A program made the translations under genes and the position numbers. This document shows, in pieces, positions 10,475-19,009 of a DNA stretch of 64,000 nucleotides. Position 1 is the first letter of the stretch; every line of letters starts with the position of its first letter. The stretch lies in contig CBFIGY010000017.1 of assembly GCA_965662235.1 (NCBI GenBank), forward strand, positions 1-64,000. Direction: 5' to 3'. The notes below the pieces were generated by a model, which saw only the letters and a list, made by a program, of their open reading frames with translations, did no database searches and was not told the origin of the DNA. The stretch comes from an uncultured bacterium. Its GTDB lineage: Bacteria; SAR324; NAC60-12.

Positions 10475-11682
10475 ACACGTGGAAACGCTGGCTGGGGACC
10501 GGGATCTTCTTCAGCCTCCTGAGCGCCTGCAGCCTTACGCCCCCAACGGGCCTGCAGGTCCTGACTCCCGAACAGACCCAGCAGGTTGCGTTTACCGATG
10601 ATCAGGACTTTGTGGGCCTCCAGGAAGCAGCGCTGCGGTCTCTGGAGTACTATGGGCGGCTTCCGGACACCCGGACCTTTGCCTACGGTGACCTGACCTA
10701 CTCGGCTCGTGAGATGGAAGCCTCGACTCAGCACCTGCTGGACCTGCTGACTCAGTACCAAGGCGCTGCGCTGGAAGCCCAGATTCAGCAGGACTTCTGG
10801 TTTTTTGAGAGTCGCAATGAAGACGGCCGGGCCTTCTTTACCGGGTACTATGAACCTGTGTTGCCCGGGAGCGTGACGGCGACGGAACGCTTCACGGCAC
10901 CGCTGTTTGCCAAGCCGGAGGACTTGGTGGAAGCGGACCTGGGCGCCTTTGCGGACGACCTCAAGGGCCGGACCCTCCGAGGCAAGCTAGAGGGAACCCG
11001 GCTGGTGCCTTATGATGACCGCCAGCAAATCGTCTACGAGGGCTCCCTAGCGGAACGAGCCGAACCCCTTGCCTTTCTGGAGAATGACATTGAGGTGTTC
11101 TTTCTGCAGATTCAGGGCTCCGGGCTGGTGCAGCTCGACAACGGCACCCTCCTGCGGCTCAACTATGCCGGTCAAAACGGGCATGCCTACTTTGCCATCG
11201 GCCGCCTCCTGCTCGATCAGATTCCACGTGAGCAGATGTCCCTTCAGTCCATCAAGGAGTACCTCTATGCGCATCCGGAAGAGGTGCAGGACCTCCTGAC
11301 GGCCAACCCGAGCTACACCTTTTTCCGGCAGGTGGCCGAGGGACCACTGGGAAACATCGAAGTCCCCCTCACGCCCGGACGCTCCCTGGCAGCTGATCGG
11401 CGCCTGTTGCCCAAAGGAAGCCTCGCGTGGCTGGAAACCACCTATCCGCCAGAGGCCTTTCCGGAAGAGTCAGGGGTCCGGCCGTTGCGTCGCTTTGGGT
11501 TCATCCAAGACACCGGAGGCGCCATCCGCGGGCACGGGCGAGCGGACATCTTCTGGGGGAATGGCCCGGAGGCAGAGCGCATTGCAGGACCCATGAAGCA
11601 AACGGGCCGCCTCTTCCTCCTGGTGGCCAAAAAGGAGGTCTTGGCTCCGGAGGCTCCTGCGGTCTCCTGGAACCGCGATTAG
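10471..11682 (+). CDS. mltA: Membrane-bound lytic murein transglycosylase A (lipoprotein)
   Basis: Lipobox LSAC, FTGYYEP, FLQIQGSG, NPSYTFF, QDTGGAIRG, ADIFWG. Confidence 0.93.
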   Translation: MNTWKRWLGTGIFFSLLSACSLTPPTGLQVLTPEQTQQVAFTDDQDFVGLQEAALRSLEYYGRLPDTRTFAYGDLTYSAREMEASTQHLLDLLTQYQGAALEAQIQQDFWFFESRNEDGRAFFTGYYEPVLPGSVTATERFTAPLFAKPEDLVEADLGAFADDLKGRTLRGKLEGTRLVPYDDRQQIVYEGSLAERAEPLAFLENDIEVFFLQIQGSGLVQLDNGTLLRLNYAGQNGHAYFAIGRLLLDQIPREQMSLQSIKEYLYAHPEEVQDLLTANPSYTFFRQVAEGPLGNIEVPLTPGRSLAADRRLLPKGSLAWLETTYPPEAFPEESGVRPLRRFGFIQDTGGAIRGHGRADIFWGNGPEAERIAGPMKQTGRLFLLVAKKEVLAPEAPAVSWNRD

Positions 11683-11847
11683 CTCACTCACCTCTTCTGC
11701 TCGTGCCGGCTTCCTACCGAATTCCTCTGCTGCTGAAGCGTGCCGAATGAACCCTACGCGCGTGGCTGTTTTCTTGTGCCGAGACCTCGGTCTTGGCTCG
11801 CCAAGAGGAGGCGGCTTTTGGTAGGCTAGAGGCCTATCAACCGTTTC

Positions 11848-11871
11848 CGGCCCAAGGGAGGGCCGTTTTTT
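11848..11871 (+). terminator. Intrinsic terminator
   Basis: CGGCCC-AAGGGA-GGGCCG followed by TTTTTT. Confidence 0.7.
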
Positions 11872-11901
11872 AGTCACTTGATTCCGTGCCGCAACACCTG
11901 C

Positions 11902-13656
11902 ATGTGCCCTGTCCGCTTGCTCTCTTCCTTCCTCTTCCGGGGCCTGCTGTTCCTCATTGTGCTGCTGGGAGGCTTCCTCACGGTTGCGTCGGCGCAGCCC
12001 CTCAAGCTAGAGGCCATGGTGCTGCCCCTCAAGGTGGTGGGAGTGGAAGATGAGAAGGTGGGACCGATTCTGCAGCAGCAGGCGCTGGCGGAGCTTTCTC
12101 AGTCCTTTGAGCTGAAGTCCGAACAGGAGATGCTGGCAGCTCGGGACCGGGCCATTGACCGAATTGCCTCGGAGGAGTGTACGGAAGAAGCGTGCATCAA
12201 GGTCATGGGGGAGCTGCTGGATGTGGACTACACCTTCACCCTCAGTATCACCGCGTCCGGACGGTACTGGAGCTTCACAGGCATTCGCTCCGAACCGCTG
12301 GGACGAACGGTCCGCAAGAACCTGGTCTGCGAGCAGTGCACCCTTCCCAAAGCGCGTCGTGTGCTGACAGAGCTGTTGCTGGGGTTGCGCCCGGGAAGTG
12401 CTGTGGCTGGAAGTGGAGAGGCAATCCTGATTCTGGAGTCTGAGCCCAGTGGTCTGGTGTTTGTGAATGGCCTTTCTCAGGGAAACACACCCCTTGAGGT
12501 GGCCGTGCCGGTGGCTGACCCGGTGGATGTTCTCATTGTCGCAGAGGGTTACACGGATTTTGCGAAGGTTTATGAAAACCTGCGGGCCGGAGAAGAGGTC
12601 CGGGAGACCGTCCGTCTTGTTCGCAAGCGTGCCCGCGTCCTGGTCACGTCGGATCCTTCGGGCGCCGAAATTTGGCTGGATGGGGAACCGCTCAAAACGC
12701 CGGCAGGTGCCGTCCGGGTGACCCCTGACGAGATCCGTCCCGAGTACGGCTCCCATGAGCTGGAGCTGAAGTTCGACCGCTATCAGCCGTTTCAGACGAC
12801 GTTGGAGGTGGAGGAACGCGATCTGGGGACGCTCCGTTATGAACTGGTGCCTCAGCCGGGACGGTTGGTCATCCGGGTGCCGGGAAAGTTCCGGCAGGCG
12901 GACGTCTTGCTCGACGGAAGGATGCTGGGAAGCATGGAGGGGCAGATTGCGAAAACCTTTCCGGTGGAGGCGTCTCAGCTCCTGACCCTGCAGGTGGTCT
13001 CCGGAGGAGTGCGTTCCGAGGTCCAATCGGTGACAGTGCCTCCGGACGGGTCGGCGACGTTGAGCTTTGAGAGCTTTTCCGAAGAGGACGATGCCGACGC
13101 ATCAAACGCCTCCGGAAGCCGTCGGAGCCGGAGTGACTGGCTGTGGGAAGGGGGGGCTTCTGCAGGCTTGGGGTACAGCAACATCCTGATGACCTTCAAC
13201 AAGGACACCTCTGATGAAATCCAGATCTCCTACGACCTGACAGGGGCTGATCTGCAGCTGGGCCGCGTGGCCCTGCAGTGGATGAGCGCCGAGGGGGAGT
13301 TCACGGATGTGCAGGGAGAAACGATTGATACCTTTTACTACACCGACAGTGAGGGCATCCAGCAGGTGACGGCGACCAATGCCAGCTTGCTGCGGTTGCT
13401 GTACACCGCCAGCAGCGCCGGATGGATGGGCTCCCTAGGGTACGAACAGCTGACCCTCAACTTTCAAACGACGCGTCGGACAGAGACCGTGCAGCTGACG
13501 CATCCAACGCTTGACGCGGGATACCGCTGGAACTGGTCCCGCTGGTTCCTGAGCCTTCGTTACCGGATGGCTTTTTCCTTTGCAAATGAGTGGGGACGTC
13601 AGTCAGCCTTTGGATTTGTGCTGGCCACCGGAGTTCGCTTCGGAAATGCGCCTTGA
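11902..13656 (+). CDS. Exported PEGA-domain protein with probable C-terminal beta-barrel
   Basis: Signal peptide ending ASA-Q; PEGA repeats (LESEPSGLVFVNG..GNTP, VTSDPSGAEIWLDG); C-terminal alternating beta strands ending GVRF; start uncertain. Confidence 0.78.
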   Translation: MCPVRLLSSFLFRGLLFLIVLLGGFLTVASAQPLKLEAMVLPLKVVGVEDEKVGPILQQQALAELSQSFELKSEQEMLAARDRAIDRIASEECTEEACIKVMGELLDVDYTFTLSITASGRYWSFTGIRSEPLGRTVRKNLVCEQCTLPKARRVLTELLLGLRPGSAVAGSGEAILILESEPSGLVFVNGLSQGNTPLEVAVPVADPVDVLIVAEGYTDFAKVYENLRAGEEVRETVRLVRKRARVLVTSDPSGAEIWLDGEPLKTPAGAVRVTPDEIRPEYGSHELELKFDRYQPFQTTLEVEERDLGTLRYELVPQPGRLVIRVPGKFRQADVLLDGRMLGSMEGQIAKTFPVEASQLLTLQVVSGGVRSEVQSVTVPPDGSATLSFESFSEEDDADASNASGSRRSRSDWLWEGGASAGLGYSNILMTFNKDTSDEIQISYDLTGADLQLGRVALQWMSAEGEFTDVQGETIDTFYYTDSEGIQQVTATNASLLRLLYTASSAGWMGSLGYEQLTLNFQTTRRTETVQLTHPTLDAGYRWNWSRWFLSLRYRMAFSFANEWGRQSAFGFVLATGVRFGNAP

Positions 13657-13670
13657 GCAGAGAGACCTGC

Positions 13671-14294
13671 ATGAAACAACGACCGTTTGTCGTCGGATTT
13701 GCCGGAGGCACGAATTCGGGAAAAACGACCTTTGTCCAGCACCTAGAGACCGAACTGGGAAGCCGTCAGGTGGCGGTGCTGCGGCACGATGCCTACTACC
13801 GGCACCGGCCGGAGCTGACCCTCAGTGAGCGCCAGCGCATCAACTACGACCACCCGGACTCGCTGGAGACGGAGCTGTGCCTGGAGCACCTGCAGGGACT
13901 GCTGGCGGGGCAATCGGTTCCCATGCCGGTGTATGACTTCTCAGTCCACCTCCGCTCCGACGCAGTGGAGTGGATCCATCCGGCGCCGTTGGTGTTTCTG
14001 GAAGGCATTCTGGTGTTCTGCGAGCCGTCGTTACGGGAGGAGATGAACCTGAAGGTGTTTGTGGATGTGGAGGCCGACATTCGGGTGCTCCGCCGCATTC
14101 ATCGGGACATTGCGGAGCGTGGGCGGACGTTGGATTCTGTGGAGCGTCAGTACTTGGAAACAGTCCGGCCGATGCACGATCACTTTGTGCAGCCCAGCCA
14201 GCAGTTTGCCGATCTAGTGGTCCTTCATGGGGGAGAAAACCAGGTTGCGGCCCAAGTGTTGCTTAACCACCTGCGTTCTTTGATCACTCATTAA
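13671..14294 (+). CDS. udk: Uridine kinase
   Basis: GFAGGTNSGKTT, NYDHPDS, PVYDF, LRRIHRDIAERGR, VRPMH. Confidence 0.93.
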   Translation: MKQRPFVVGFAGGTNSGKTTFVQHLETELGSRQVAVLRHDAYYRHRPELTLSERQRINYDHPDSLETELCLEHLQGLLAGQSVPMPVYDFSVHLRSDAVEWIHPAPLVFLEGILVFCEPSLREEMNLKVFVDVEADIRVLRRIHRDIAERGRTLDSVERQYLETVRPMHDHFVQPSQQFADLVVLHGGENQVAAQVLLNHLRSLITH

Positions 14295-14314
14295 CGCAAG
14301 GAAAGAGCAACACC

Positions 14315-15088
14315 ATGGAGGTTATTCCCATTCCCTGTCTGAAGGACAACTACGCGTACCTGCTGATCTGTCCCGACACACGTGAGGCCGCTGTTGTGGA
14401 CCCTTCAGAAGCAGATCCGGTCCGAGACGCCATCCGGCAGCATCAGGTGAAGCTGGTGGCCATTTTCAACACCCACCACCACTGGGACCACGTCGGCGGC
14501 AACGAGGCGCTGTTTGCAGAGTTTCCGGAGCTGCGCGTCTATGGACACGCGTCGGATCAGGGACGCATTCCGCAGCAAACGGAGTTCCTTGAGGAAGGAG
14601 GCACCGTGACCTTCGGAAATCAGAGCGGCACCATTACCCACAACCCCGGACACACGACTGGCGCCATTTCTTACATCATTGGCGACTCGGTTTTTACGGG
14701 AGACACCCTCTTTGCTGGAGGATGCGGACGTCTCTTTGAAGGCACCCCTGAGCAGATGCACCGCTCCCTCAACAAACAGATTGGGAGCCTTCCGGACTCC
14801 ACTCGGGTCTGGTTCGGGCATGAATACACAGCCCGGAACCTAGAGTTTGCCCTGCAGGTGGAGCCGGGAAACACCACGGTGCGCCGGAAGCTGGCCGAGG
14901 TCCATACCCTCCGGAATGCCGGACGGTACACCACCCCCTCCACGCTCCGCTCCGAGCGTGAAACCAACCCCTTCATGCGCTGCTCCAGTCCGGAAATCCG
15001 GGAGCGCGTTCTTCAGGAAGACCCTGGAAACGACCTGTCTGAGGTCGCAGTGCTCCGGGTCCTTCGGTCTCTCAAAGATCAGTTCTAA
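14315..15088 (+). CDS. gloB: Hydroxyacylglutathione hydrolase (glyoxalase II)
   Basis: DNYAYL, THHHWDHVGG, PGHT, FTGDTLFAGGCGR, GHEYT, NPFMR. Confidence 0.95.
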   Translation: MEVIPIPCLKDNYAYLLICPDTREAAVVDPSEADPVRDAIRQHQVKLVAIFNTHHHWDHVGGNEALFAEFPELRVYGHASDQGRIPQQTEFLEEGGTVTFGNQSGTITHNPGHTTGAISYIIGDSVFTGDTLFAGGCGRLFEGTPEQMHRSLNKQIGSLPDSTRVWFGHEYTARNLEFALQVEPGNTTVRRKLAEVHTLRNAGRYTTPSTLRSERETNPFMRCSSPEIRERVLQEDPGNDLSEVAVLRVLRSLKDQF

Positions 15089-15096
15089 CGTACCGC

Positions 15097-15120
15097 TGAG
15101 GCAAGCGGCGGCTTGCCTCA
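15097..15120. terminator. Hairpin between convergent genes (likely bidirectional terminator)
   Basis: Perfect 10-bp stem TGAGGCAAGC-GGCG-GCTTGCCTCA; no clear U-tract. Confidence 0.55.
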
Positions 15121-15525
15121 GATGTTGCGCAAGGTGATGCCGAACTGGTGTCGGATCATGTTGAGCAGGTAGGGGTCATTCTCCAGACCGGCAAATCGGA
15201 TCTCCGTCCGAATCTTTTCCCGGATGGTGATGAGCTCCTGCTCCGTGGTGCTCATGTCAATTTCCTGCTGCAGGTTGGAACGTCGCAACGTGTTGACGAC
15301 GTCCATGCGCAGCCGATGCTTCAGTCGCCGGAGCTGTTCCGCAGGAATGGTCCCCAACATGCTCTCAATCTCAGACTGGGTATGCCCCATGAGAGACAGC
15401 TTGAGCCAGATGGAGTACACATTTCCCCGGGTATCCGCTACGGGCTGTTGACCCAATCCTGGCGGAACTCCTACCAGAAGGACCACCAGCAAGGCGACTA
15501 AAACGACTTTCATGCGAAAGTTCAT
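15118..15525 (-). CDS. Small exported or membrane-anchored helical hypothetical protein (135 aa)
   Basis: AGGA RBS upstream of the ATG; N-terminus MNFRMKVVLVALLVVLLVGV is signal-peptide-like; no recognised family. Confidence 0.8.
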   Translation of the reverse strand: MNFRMKVVLVALLVVLLVGVPPGLGQQPVADTRGNVYSIWLKLSLMGHTQSEIESMLGTIPAEQLRRLKHRLRMDVVNTLRRSNLQQEIDMSTTEQELITIREKIRTEIRFAGLENDPYLLNMIRHQFGITLRNI

Positions 15526-15554
15526 GTCAGTTTCCTAACACGGGTTCATAGAAA

Positions 15555-16480
15555 GCGGCACCGCTCCCCACAAGCGTGAAGGCTGGGAGCAGTCCCGCAT
15601 TGGTTGGGCTTCTTCAACACCGACTCCGCCGCAGCGGCAGGAGACGGAAGAAGCCCTCCAAACCATTCAGCACTGCACTCCCGTGTTCCCGCGATTCGTC
15701 CAGACGTTCATCTCCCGGTTTCACCCATCCAGAGTCTGCCCCTCTGTTTTGAGCAGACGACTCCCCACTTGGGGATTTTCCAGATCAGGAGACGGATTCC
15801 TCCCTGCCCAGACCAGAAAGGTCCGGGTTCACCCGGTCGTGTTCCGTCCATGAGGACGCCACGCGGCGAGCCTCTCCATTGCCGCTCTTCACCTCCGGAA
15901 CGGGTAGACGCAGCAGGGCGGTTCTCAGGGGAGACGGCAGAAACAGACCTCGCAGCAGAACGTCTGCAGCAAGAAGCCCTTCAGCCGAATCCTCCCGTTC
16001 AGAAGAACCGGACCCATTCCGACAGCGTCACCGAAGGTTCCAGAAAGACGGAGGACGGCGAAGTTCCCAAGGTCCCTTCAGGAGGGAATTCGAGGAACTC
16101 CGGAAGCTGAGGAAGTGGACGCACCCAGGCGGTTCAGTTGCAGGAGGAGGATGAAGGACAGAGGGAAAACACTTCGGGGTTCCAGAGGTCTCAAGCAGAA
16201 ACCTCTCCCTTCAGCGTGAATTCCTCAAAGGGTCCACGACGGCTGGGTTCCAGAGAATCAACCGAGCGGACGGATTGCGGGAATCCCGACTGTCACGCAT
16301 CGTTCCTCCACGAATCCCCTGAGCGGTGCCACAAACATCAGTCCGTGGCCGTGTTGCAGGAAAACGGGAGTGCAGTGCAAGCTATCAAAGACCGATTATG
16401 GATCGACTTCTTCATCCAGAAGGAAGCCAAACCAGGGGTCCAAGAAGCGAAGGAGCCGCTTCTCGAAGTTCCCTGATAGG
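15555..16480 (-). ncRNA. Candidate large structured ncRNA or giant 5' leader (~930 nt), family not recognised
   Basis: No ORF of 60 aa or more on the minus strand; many nested helices including a perfect 15-bp long-range stem (15670-15684/16364-16378); internal mismatches mostly read as G-U on the minus strand; sigma28 promoter immediately upstream. Confidence 0.72.
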
Positions 16481-16481
16481 A

Positions 16482-16508
16482 GCATCGGCATTTGAAGGGA
16501 AAACTTTA
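16482..16508 (-). promoter_or_regulatory. Sigma28 (FliA)-type promoter
   Basis: Minus strand reads TAAAGTTT-N11-GCCGATGC; consensus is TAAAGTTT-N11-GCCGATAA. Confidence 0.78.
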
Positions 16509-16530
16509 GGGGGAAAGGTGAAAAAGCGGG

Positions 16531-18099
16531 TCAGCGTAGGCCCAGGCGGGCATTGACCTGCTCGGGAGAGAGGGTTTCATCAAGAAATTCGCCGTTGCTC
16601 ATCCGGAGTCGGACGCCTTCGGCGTTGAGGTACAGCTGGACGGTTTCGCCTTCGGAGGACTGGACCTCAAGGGCGTAAACGGATTCGCCATCGAGGGTTT
16701 CTGGAACAATGCGACTGTTGGGGGTAGCCAAACGAGTGGCCGCCTGCTTGAGTCCGTCCACTTGACGCTTGAGGCGCTGGAGGGTCTGCTGGAGCTCATT
16801 GATGGAGAGCATTTCCTTCACCTGCCCCTTCCAGAACATGAAGTAGCTTCCGGCTTCTGCAAAGGCAAAGGCCGCGTCTCGTCCAAGCTCAGACAGAAAG
16901 CTCTTGACGGCTTCGGAACGCTCCTTCTCGTTTCCATGGGAGAGGGCCATCAGGCGAGAGTCGTTCTGACGGACAGAAAGGTTGAGGCCAAACTGGTTGA
17001 TGGTGTCCCGGAGTTCAATCTCCTGCGGGCCCTGGTCAGGGGAGTTGCGGGCCCGGAGCGTGTTTCCCTTGGGCTCAAACTTCAGTTCCTTCAGAGGGTT
17101 CTTCTGGGGGGCCGGATTGAAGGGCATGAGGAGGAACACGAGCAGGCCCACGACGCCAATGCCGGCAAACAGCAACAGCAGAGGCTTGAAGTTGGTGGGC
17201 GGCGGCGGCGTGACCGGTGGCGGAGGCAGCGGGGTTTTTTCTCGCTCTTCCTCCGAATCGGAGCGCATGCTCTCTGAAATGATGGGCTCAGGGAACAGCG
17301 ACTGAATCTCTTCAATCAGCTGAGCGTTTCGCTGCTGAATGAGCTGAACCTTCTCCAGCAACTCAAAGCCCTGGGTCCGGAGGAAGATTTGCTGAAGCTC
17401 CTGGACCAGGTGCCGAAGGGCCGGGTGCGGAAAGCCAGGCAGCGGCGGTGTTTTTTGGTAGTCGGCAGTCCGTTGCCGCAGTTCCGCCTCTAGGACAATG
17501 CCCATCTGCCTGAGGGCAAGCCACTGGTCCCGTCGGAACAACGGGGGGGCAACGGGGTAGTCTTCCATGTCCGCATCGGTGGTGGAAGCGTTGGCGTCTG
17601 CTGCCTCGGCTCGTTCCCGGGCCCGCTTGCGTCGGGCGTTAACGAGCTCCCACTGCTGCTTGTAGACACGCCACTCCTCCTTGAAGCTCCCCCAGGTGCT
17701 GCGAAGCTGCTCGCTCCCGGAAAAGAAGCGGTTGAACATTTCGGCAAACTGGGAGTACTCCTGCGGGTCCTTCTTGCGGACCAAGATGGAGAGCTTCCGG
17801 ACCTTCTCCAAGAGGGCATCCACCTCTTCCGCCTGCTGGTCGATCTGGTTCCACTCGTCTTGACTCAGGGGGCTCTTCCAGTCCTCAAGGATGGGAAACA
17901 CGAGCAGCTCCAGCCGGAGCATGTCGAGGAAGATGCGGTTCAGGTCAACGGTTCCGGAGGGGCCCTTGTAGGTCTGGGTTTGCTGCTGAACGACCTCCCA
18001 GGCGGTGGCCTGGGCCTTGGTCTTGCGATCCGGATCCACCAGATCCAGAAGCTCGTCGAAACGTTCTCCGGTCATGGGAAGCAGCTGCGGACCGTTCAT
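16531..18099 (-). CDS. Hypothetical bitopic membrane protein (helical N-domain, Pro-rich linker, one TM, external C-domain)
   Basis: 522-aa ORF; PLPPPPVTPPPP linker then TM LLLLFAGIGVVGLLVFLLM. Confidence 0.78.
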   Translation of the reverse strand: MNGPQLLPMTGERFDELLDLVDPDRKTKAQATAWEVVQQQTQTYKGPSGTVDLNRIFLDMLRLELLVFPILEDWKSPLSQDEWNQIDQQAEEVDALLEKVRKLSILVRKKDPQEYSQFAEMFNRFFSGSEQLRSTWGSFKEEWRVYKQQWELVNARRKRARERAEAADANASTTDADMEDYPVAPPLFRRDQWLALRQMGIVLEAELRQRTADYQKTPPLPGFPHPALRHLVQELQQIFLRTQGFELLEKVQLIQQRNAQLIEEIQSLFPEPIISESMRSDSEEEREKTPLPPPPVTPPPPTNFKPLLLLFAGIGVVGLLVFLLMPFNPAPQKNPLKELKFEPKGNTLRARNSPDQGPQEIELRDTINQFGLNLSVRQNDSRLMALSHGNEKERSEAVKSFLSELGRDAAFAFAEAGSYFMFWKGQVKEMLSINELQQTLQRLKRQVDGLKQAATRLATPNSRIVPETLDGESVYALEVQSSEGETVQLYLNAEGVRLRMSNGEFLDETLSPEQVNARLGLR

Positions 18100-18107
18100 C
18101 GCGGGCT

Positions 18108-18875
18108 CTAGGGAGAAGAGGGGTCGGAGGAGGCTGGCTGGCGTCCGGTGAGGCCGTCAATCTCCTCACGGAGCGAGGACTCCAGCAGCAGCAGTTCTTG
18201 CACAAAGGGCCCTGCCTGTCCCCACTCCGAGCTGTTGTTGAGGAAGTCTGGGGTCAGCGTGGCAGCACCGCCATACTCTTCTTGCAGGAGCTGCACCAGG
18301 TCGAGTTCCGGATTCTTTTCCGCTAGTCGGATGAGGCGCAGGGCGCTGTCGAGTTCGTCCTGGACCCGCTGAAAGGATTCCTGGATCTGCTGCAGCTCCT
18401 CTCCGGTGAAGGGAGGATCGAGCTTCTTGTTCTGACGATCAAGGGCAAAGTCGAGGAGGCCCACTCGGATGTTGTACTGCCGAGCGGTCTGCGCCAGGGT
18501 CTGGTAAAACCGCCGCAGCTCCACATCGTTGTCCGAGTGAGCGAGGTTCTTGCGGTGCCACCACCGTTGCCAGAAGCGCCGCCGCTTGCGGTGCTGGTCG
18601 AGCTCCTCCAGCTCCTGAGCCAGCTCCTGAAGCTGTTCTCGTTCCGGAAGGCGTTGACGGTACCAGCGCCACCCGAGCCACGGCAGAATGAGCCAGCTGC
18701 TCAGCACCGCCAACCAGAAGGGCCAGAAACGGCGACGCCGGTAGGCGCTGGAAAGCTGCTGGTAACGCGCCAGGCAGAGGTCGCGTTGCTTGTCTTCGAG
18801 GGCATGAATGGTCCGGTCGGAAACCAAGCGAACCGTGCCGGGACGTTTAAGCGGAGGCGGTGAAGCAGTTTCCAT
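18108..18875 (-). CDS. Hypothetical membrane protein with coiled-coil
   Basis: Trp-rich TM (FWPFWLAVLSSWLILPWLGW) flanked by Arg clusters; start reassigned to METAS. Confidence 0.7.
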   Translation of the reverse strand: METASPPPLKRPGTVRLVSDRTIHALEDKQRDLCLARYQQLSSAYRRRRFWPFWLAVLSSWLILPWLGWRWYRQRLPEREQLQELAQELEELDQHRKRRRFWQRWWHRKNLAHSDNDVELRRFYQTLAQTARQYNIRVGLLDFALDRQNKKLDPPFTGEELQQIQESFQRVQDELDSALRLIRLAEKNPELDLVQLLQEEYGGAATLTPDFLNNSSEWGQAGPFVQELLLLESSLREEIDGLTGRQPASSDPSSP

Positions 18876-19009
18876 GCGTGATGGGCACGAGGGCTCCCTC
18901 CGGATGACCTCGGTGCGTGCAGAAGGCGAGGGGGCCGGGGATGGGGGAGACGGGAAGCATGCCCCCCGGACAGGCATCCGGGAGGCCAGAGGGTGAAGCG
19001 AGGCGTCGG

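Noticed and set aside
15670..16378. 15-bp inverted repeat read as MITE/IS ends or a retron a1/a2 pair
   Set aside because: No target-site duplication, no transposase or reverse transcriptase nearby, and the structure continues outside the repeat
15604..16476. Plus-strand ORFs 15604-16110, 15879-16154 and 16138-16476
   Set aside because: TTG starts without RBS, Pro/Ser/Arg-rich non-protein-like composition, and they lie over a region better explained by RNA structure
15555..16480. Assignment of the structured region to RNase P, tmRNA, 6S, SRP or a group II intron
   Set aside because: No GAGGAAAGUCC, tRNA-like ends, SRP loop or convincing domain V found by eye on either strand; cmscan still needed
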